This document shows, piece by piece, positions 46,296 through 49,606 of a DNA stretch of 49,606 nucleotides. The stretch is from Gammaproteobacteria bacterium (GTDB lineage: Bacteria; Pseudomonadota; Gammaproteobacteria; Natronospirales; REEB76), in NCBI GenBank assembly GCA_050739175.1, contig JBOIAZ010000038.1:1-49606 (forward strand), written 5' to 3'. Below the pieces are notes generated by a model. It was not told where the DNA came from and made no database searches. It worked only from the letters and a program-made list of their open reading frames with translations. Position numbers and translations under genes: made by a program. Within the stretch, counting starts at the first letter, position 1. Each line of letters starts with the position of its first letter.

Positions 46296-48587
46296 ATGCA
46301 AGCCCGTTGGCACATTGATCTCTACATCTTTGTACTGTGCGTGGCCGGCCTTGTCGCCGGCGCGCTGTTGTGGTTCACCACAGCTCACACTACAGCCAAC
46401 TGGGTGTGGGCGGCAGCGGCCGCGCTCGTGGGGGCGGCGTTGCTCTACCGGGTAAGCGCGGCACTGTGGCGGCGCGAAGTCGGCGTGGACTTGCTCGCGC
46501 TGGTGGCCATCGCCGGCGCGCTTGCCTTGCAGCAGATGCTCACCGCGGTGGTGATCGCCGCGATGCTGGCAAGCGGGCGCCTGCTCGAAAGTTACGCGGA
46601 GCGGCGCGCCGCACGGGAAATGTCGGCGCTGGTCGCCCGGGTGCCGCGCACCGTCAACCGCTATCGGGACGGAGAACTGCAAACCGCGGCGCTCGCGGAC
46701 GTGATGGTGGGCGACCGCCTGCTGGTGCGCCATGGTGAAGTGGTGCCGGTGGACGGCGCCCTAGGCGCGGAGCGCGCAGTCCTCGACGAATCGGCGCTCA
46801 CCGGCGAATCGCTGCCGGTGTCCTACCGCAAGGGCGATGTGCTGCGCAGCGGCGTGGTAAACGCCGCCGATGCCTTTGACATGCTGGCCTCCGCCACCGC
46901 GGCCGACAGCACCTTTGCCGGTATCGTCAAGCTCGTCGAGACGGCGCAGCACTCCCGGGCGCCGGCCATGCGGCTCGCGGACCGTTATGCGGCGTGGTTC
47001 ATTCCCGCATCGCTGGCCCTCGCGGCCATCGCCTGGTTGATCAGCGGCGAGTCCATGCGCGCGCTCGCGGTGGTGGTGGTCGCCACCCCCTGCCCGCTGA
47101 TACTCGCGGTGCCGGTCGCCATGGTCTCGGGCATCTCGCGCTGCGCGCAGCGCGGCATTCTCGTCAAGGGCGGCGCCGCGCTGGAAGCGCTGGCCGCCGC
47201 ATCCCTGCTGTTTTTCGACAAGACCGGTACGCTGACGGGCGGCGAAGCGCGCCTCGTCGCTACCGAGAGCGTGACAGCGGGCGGTGAAAACGCCCTGCTT
47301 GCGGCCACGGCCTCGCTTGAGCAGATGTCCGGCCACGTGACCGCCGCAGCCGTGGTGCGCGCGGCACGTGCACGCGGTCTCACGCTGAGCATCCCGACCG
47401 AGGTACAGGAAGTCGCGGGCGCCGGCATCCGCGGCACGGTCGACGGCCGGCGTGTGGCCGCGGGCTCGCGCGCTTACATCGCGCACTTTGCGCCGCTGCC
47501 GGCGGCCGCCGAACAGCTGCTCGAACGCGTGGCAGCCGAGGGCCGGCTGACGGTGTGCGTGGCGGTGGACGGGGAATTCGCCGGCGCATTACTGTTCGCC
47601 GATCAGCTGCGCGTGGAAACGCCGCGCGCGTTGCGCCTGCTGCGCCGTGCGGGCTTCCGCCGCATCGTGATGCTGACGGGCGATCGCCGCGACGTGGCCG
47701 AAGCCATCGGCACCGGCCTGGGCGTGGATGAAGTGCTGGCGGAGCAGACCCCGGCACACAAACTTGAGGTGATCAAAGCCGCCGGCGCATCGGAACCCAC
47801 CGTCATGGTAGGCGACGGAGTGAATGACGCCCCCGCGCTGGCCGCCGCCAGCGTCGGCGTGGCCATGGGCGCACGCGGCGCCGCGGCTTCCGCGGCCGCC
47901 GCCGACATCGTGCTGCTCGTCGACCGCCTCGACCGGCTCGCTGAGGCGCGGTCCGTCGCACACCAGACACGCACCATCGCGTTGCAGAGCGTGTTCGCGG
48001 GCATGGGGCTGTCGATCGCGGCGATGCTGGCGGCCGCGGCCGGCTATCTGCCGCCGCTTGCCGGTGCGGTGCTGCAGGAAATCATCGACGTGGCGGTGAT
48101 TCTCAACGCGCTGCGCGCCTTGCGCATTCATCCGCTGCGCGCCAGCCGCTCCAGCCTCACTGCGGAAGAATCGGAGCACTTGCGGCTCGAGCACGAAAGG
48201 CTCGCGCCGGTGCTCGACCGATTGACCGAGGTCGCCGACCGCCTGCCCACGCTGCGCAGCACGGAGCGCGTGCCGTCACTCACCGCGCTGGACACCCTGC
48301 TCCGCCAACAGTTGCTGCCGCATGAACGCGCGGATGACCGCCAGGTGTATCCGGCGGTCGCCGCCCTGCTGGGCGGCGATGACCCGCTGGCCGCCATGAG
48401 CCGCACGCACCGCGAAATCTTCGTGCTGTATCAGCGCCTTAGCCGGCTGATTTCGGGATTGCCGCCGCAAGGTCCCGATCCCGGCACCCTGCGGGAGCTG
48501 CAACGTGTGCTGTATGCGCTGGATGCGATCTTGCGCCTGCATTTCGCACAGGAAGAGGAGATCTACCAGAGCCTGGCGCAGGCCTGA
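46296..48587 (+). CDS. P1B-type heavy-metal ATPase with a TPCP transmembrane motif (P1B-5-like) and a C-terminal hemerythrin-like domain; no N-terminal metal-binding domain
   Basis: Start taken at ATG 46296 (MQARWHIDLYIF...). TGES, VATPCPL, FFDKTGTLT, TGD and GDGVNDAPAL motifs. The C-terminal roughly 140 aa carries EHLRLEHERL, LLPHERADDRQVYPAV, THREIF and LHFAQEEEIY (HHE pattern). Confidence 0.87.
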   Translation: MQARWHIDLYIFVLCVAGLVAGALLWFTTAHTTANWVWAAAAALVGAALLYRVSAALWRREVGVDLLALVAIAGALALQQMLTAVVIAAMLASGRLLESYAERRAAREMSALVARVPRTVNRYRDGELQTAALADVMVGDRLLVRHGEVVPVDGALGAERAVLDESALTGESLPVSYRKGDVLRSGVVNAADAFDMLASATAADSTFAGIVKLVETAQHSRAPAMRLADRYAAWFIPASLALAAIAWLISGESMRALAVVVVATPCPLILAVPVAMVSGISRCAQRGILVKGGAALEALAAASLLFFDKTGTLTGGEARLVATESVTAGGENALLAATASLEQMSGHVTAAAVVRAARARGLTLSIPTEVQEVAGAGIRGTVDGRRVAAGSRAYIAHFAPLPAAAEQLLERVAAEGRLTVCVAVDGEFAGALLFADQLRVETPRALRLLRRAGFRRIVMLTGDRRDVAEAIGTGLGVDEVLAEQTPAHKLEVIKAAGASEPTVMVGDGVNDAPALAAASVGVAMGARGAAASAAAADIVLLVDRLDRLAEARSVAHQTRTIALQSVFAGMGLSIAAMLAAAAGYLPPLAGAVLQEIIDVAVILNALRALRIHPLRASRSSLTAEESEHLRLEHERLAPVLDRLTEVADRLPTLRSTERVPSLTALDTLLRQQLLPHERADDRQVYPAVAALLGGDDPLAAMSRTHREIFVLYQRLSRLISGLPPQGPDPGTLRELQRVLYALDAILRLHFAQEEEIYQSLAQA

Positions 48588-48626
48588 GCGTTGCAGCACT
48601 GCCGATAGCAACGCGTGCTACTGGTT

Positions 48627-49606
48627 TCAGCGCCTGCCGCCAGCAGCGCGAATCGCCGCGCTCATGGCCGCCGCATCGAACGGCGTGCCGCTATCCACAT
48701 ACAGCGCATGCCGGCGTTCGTCAGAATCGAGCGGCTGCGCTGTCGGCAACTGATAATCGAGCACGGCGGCATTTGCTTCGGAAATCTCGTCACGCACGCG
48801 CGCCCGGCCGTCCAGACGCCGGCGCAACACAGCGTGCGGCGCCCGACACTCCACGATGCTCCAGGGAATCATGAGCTGCGCGGCGAGTTCCGCAAACAGC
48901 CGCCGCTGCCATTGGCGCAGAAATGCCGCATCCACGATGACGCTGTAACCGGCGGCCAGCACAATCTGCGCCAGCGTTGCCAGCTCCGTGTAGGTGCGCG
49001 CGTTTGCTTCCTCGTCATAGAGCTGCCCACCGGGTTCCGAACCGCTGCGCTGGCCCGGCGCCAGGCCGTGCAGGCGCTTGCGCTCCACGTCTGAGCGCAG
49101 CCGCAGCGCGGGTAGGTGCGTCATCAACCGTTCGCTCGCCCAGGTCTTTCCGGAACCGGACAGGCCGTGCATCAGCACCAGCCGCGGCGGCACATCTATC
49201 CGCAATGAATCGGCAAGTTTCATGTACTGATCGGCATTTCGCGCTTGCACGCGGCGGCTTTCGGCATGCTGCATCTGGCCGGCCTGCAGCCTCGCCACCT
49301 TGGCGCGCACCAGCGCGCGGTACACCAAATGATAACGCAACAGCGGCAACCCGCGGTAGTCACCGGTGTGTTCCAAATACCGGTTCAGGAACCGGAACGC
49401 CAGATCGCGCCGGCCGTGATGCAGCAAATCCATGACCAGAAACGCGCTGTCGCTCACGACATCCAGCCAGCGCAGCGCGGCATCGAACTCGATGCGATCG
49501 AAGGCCAGGAGCTTGCCGTTGTAGATGGTGAGATTGGCAAGATGCAGGTCGCCGTGGACTTCGCGCACCCAGCCCTGTGCACGGCGCACATCCATGAGCG
49601 CGCGGT
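48627..49606 (-). CDS. Bifunctional-looking protein: APH-like phosphotransferase segment plus a C-terminal P-loop kinase (AAA_33-like) domain. Partial; the N-terminus probably lies beyond the right edge.
   Basis: VHGDLHLANL (HxDxxxxN kinase catalytic loop) near the window edge. LMHGLSGSGKTWAS Walker A in the C-terminal half. The frame stays open to the end of the window. Confidence 0.7.
   Translation of the reverse strand, partial: RALMDVRRAQGWVREVHGDLHLANLTIYNGKLLAFDRIEFDAALRWLDVVSDSAFLVMDLLHHGRRDLAFRFLNRYLEHTGDYRGLPLLRYHLVYRALVRAKVARLQAGQMQHAESRRVQARNADQYMKLADSLRIDVPPRLVLMHGLSGSGKTWASERLMTHLPALRLRSDVERKRLHGLAPGQRSGSEPGGQLYDEEANARTYTELATLAQIVLAAGYSVIVDAAFLRQWQRRLFAELAAQLMIPWSIVECRAPHAVLRRRLDGRARVRDEISEANAAVLDYQLPTAQPLDSDERRHALYVDSGTPFDAAAMSAAIRAAGGRR

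Overview
High-GC (roughly 65%) chromosomal segment with gammaproteobacterial synteny; no finer taxon can be assigned from sequence alone. Calls rest on reading the supplied translations for family motifs, with no database search.

Content:
- 1-15343: a complete minus-strand dcw (division and cell wall) cluster, mraZ-rsmH-ftsL-ftsI-murE-murF-mraY-murD-ftsW-murG-murC-ftsQ-ftsA-ftsZ(partial). A MraZ operator and a near-consensus promoter lie upstream. ddl and murB are missing.
- 15.6-20.8 kb: an isocitrate lyase/PEP mutase (ICL/PEPM)-family gene, RNase P RNA (invisible to the ORF track), and rsmI / lpoA-yraN-diaA.
- 20.9-32.6 kb: an SDR (short-chain dehydrogenase) gene behind a perfect FNR box, nadV, a PrpD-family + ComA-family pair, an FAD oxidase, fabA-fabB, obg-rpmA-rplU / ispB, and tRNA-Pro.
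- 32.7-40.2 kb: a 2OG oxygenase, MarR / ClC channel, and divergent M61/M13 peptidases.
- 40.3-48.6 kb: a redox island. It holds norC-norB plus two tiny membrane ORFs and a cytochrome c, a UbiH-like monooxygenase, and an exported hemerythrin-like protein. It also holds cytochrome b561 and a divergent TPCP (P1B-5-like) ATPase with a C-terminal hemerythrin domain.
- 48.6 kb to the end: a partial kinase-like gene.

Most unusual observations:
1. The only large gap in the dcw operon (ftsW-murG) is built from nested duplications of the murG start. Together they form a stop/start-coupled relay of leader ORFs.
2. A two-hairpin REP-like element shows compensatory substitutions between copies. At both murG and tRNA-Pro it is flanked by long target duplications.
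3. The nor/hemerythrin/ATPase island lacks norQD and carries FNR/Dnr-type boxes.

No CRISPR array, transposase or integrase was seen.
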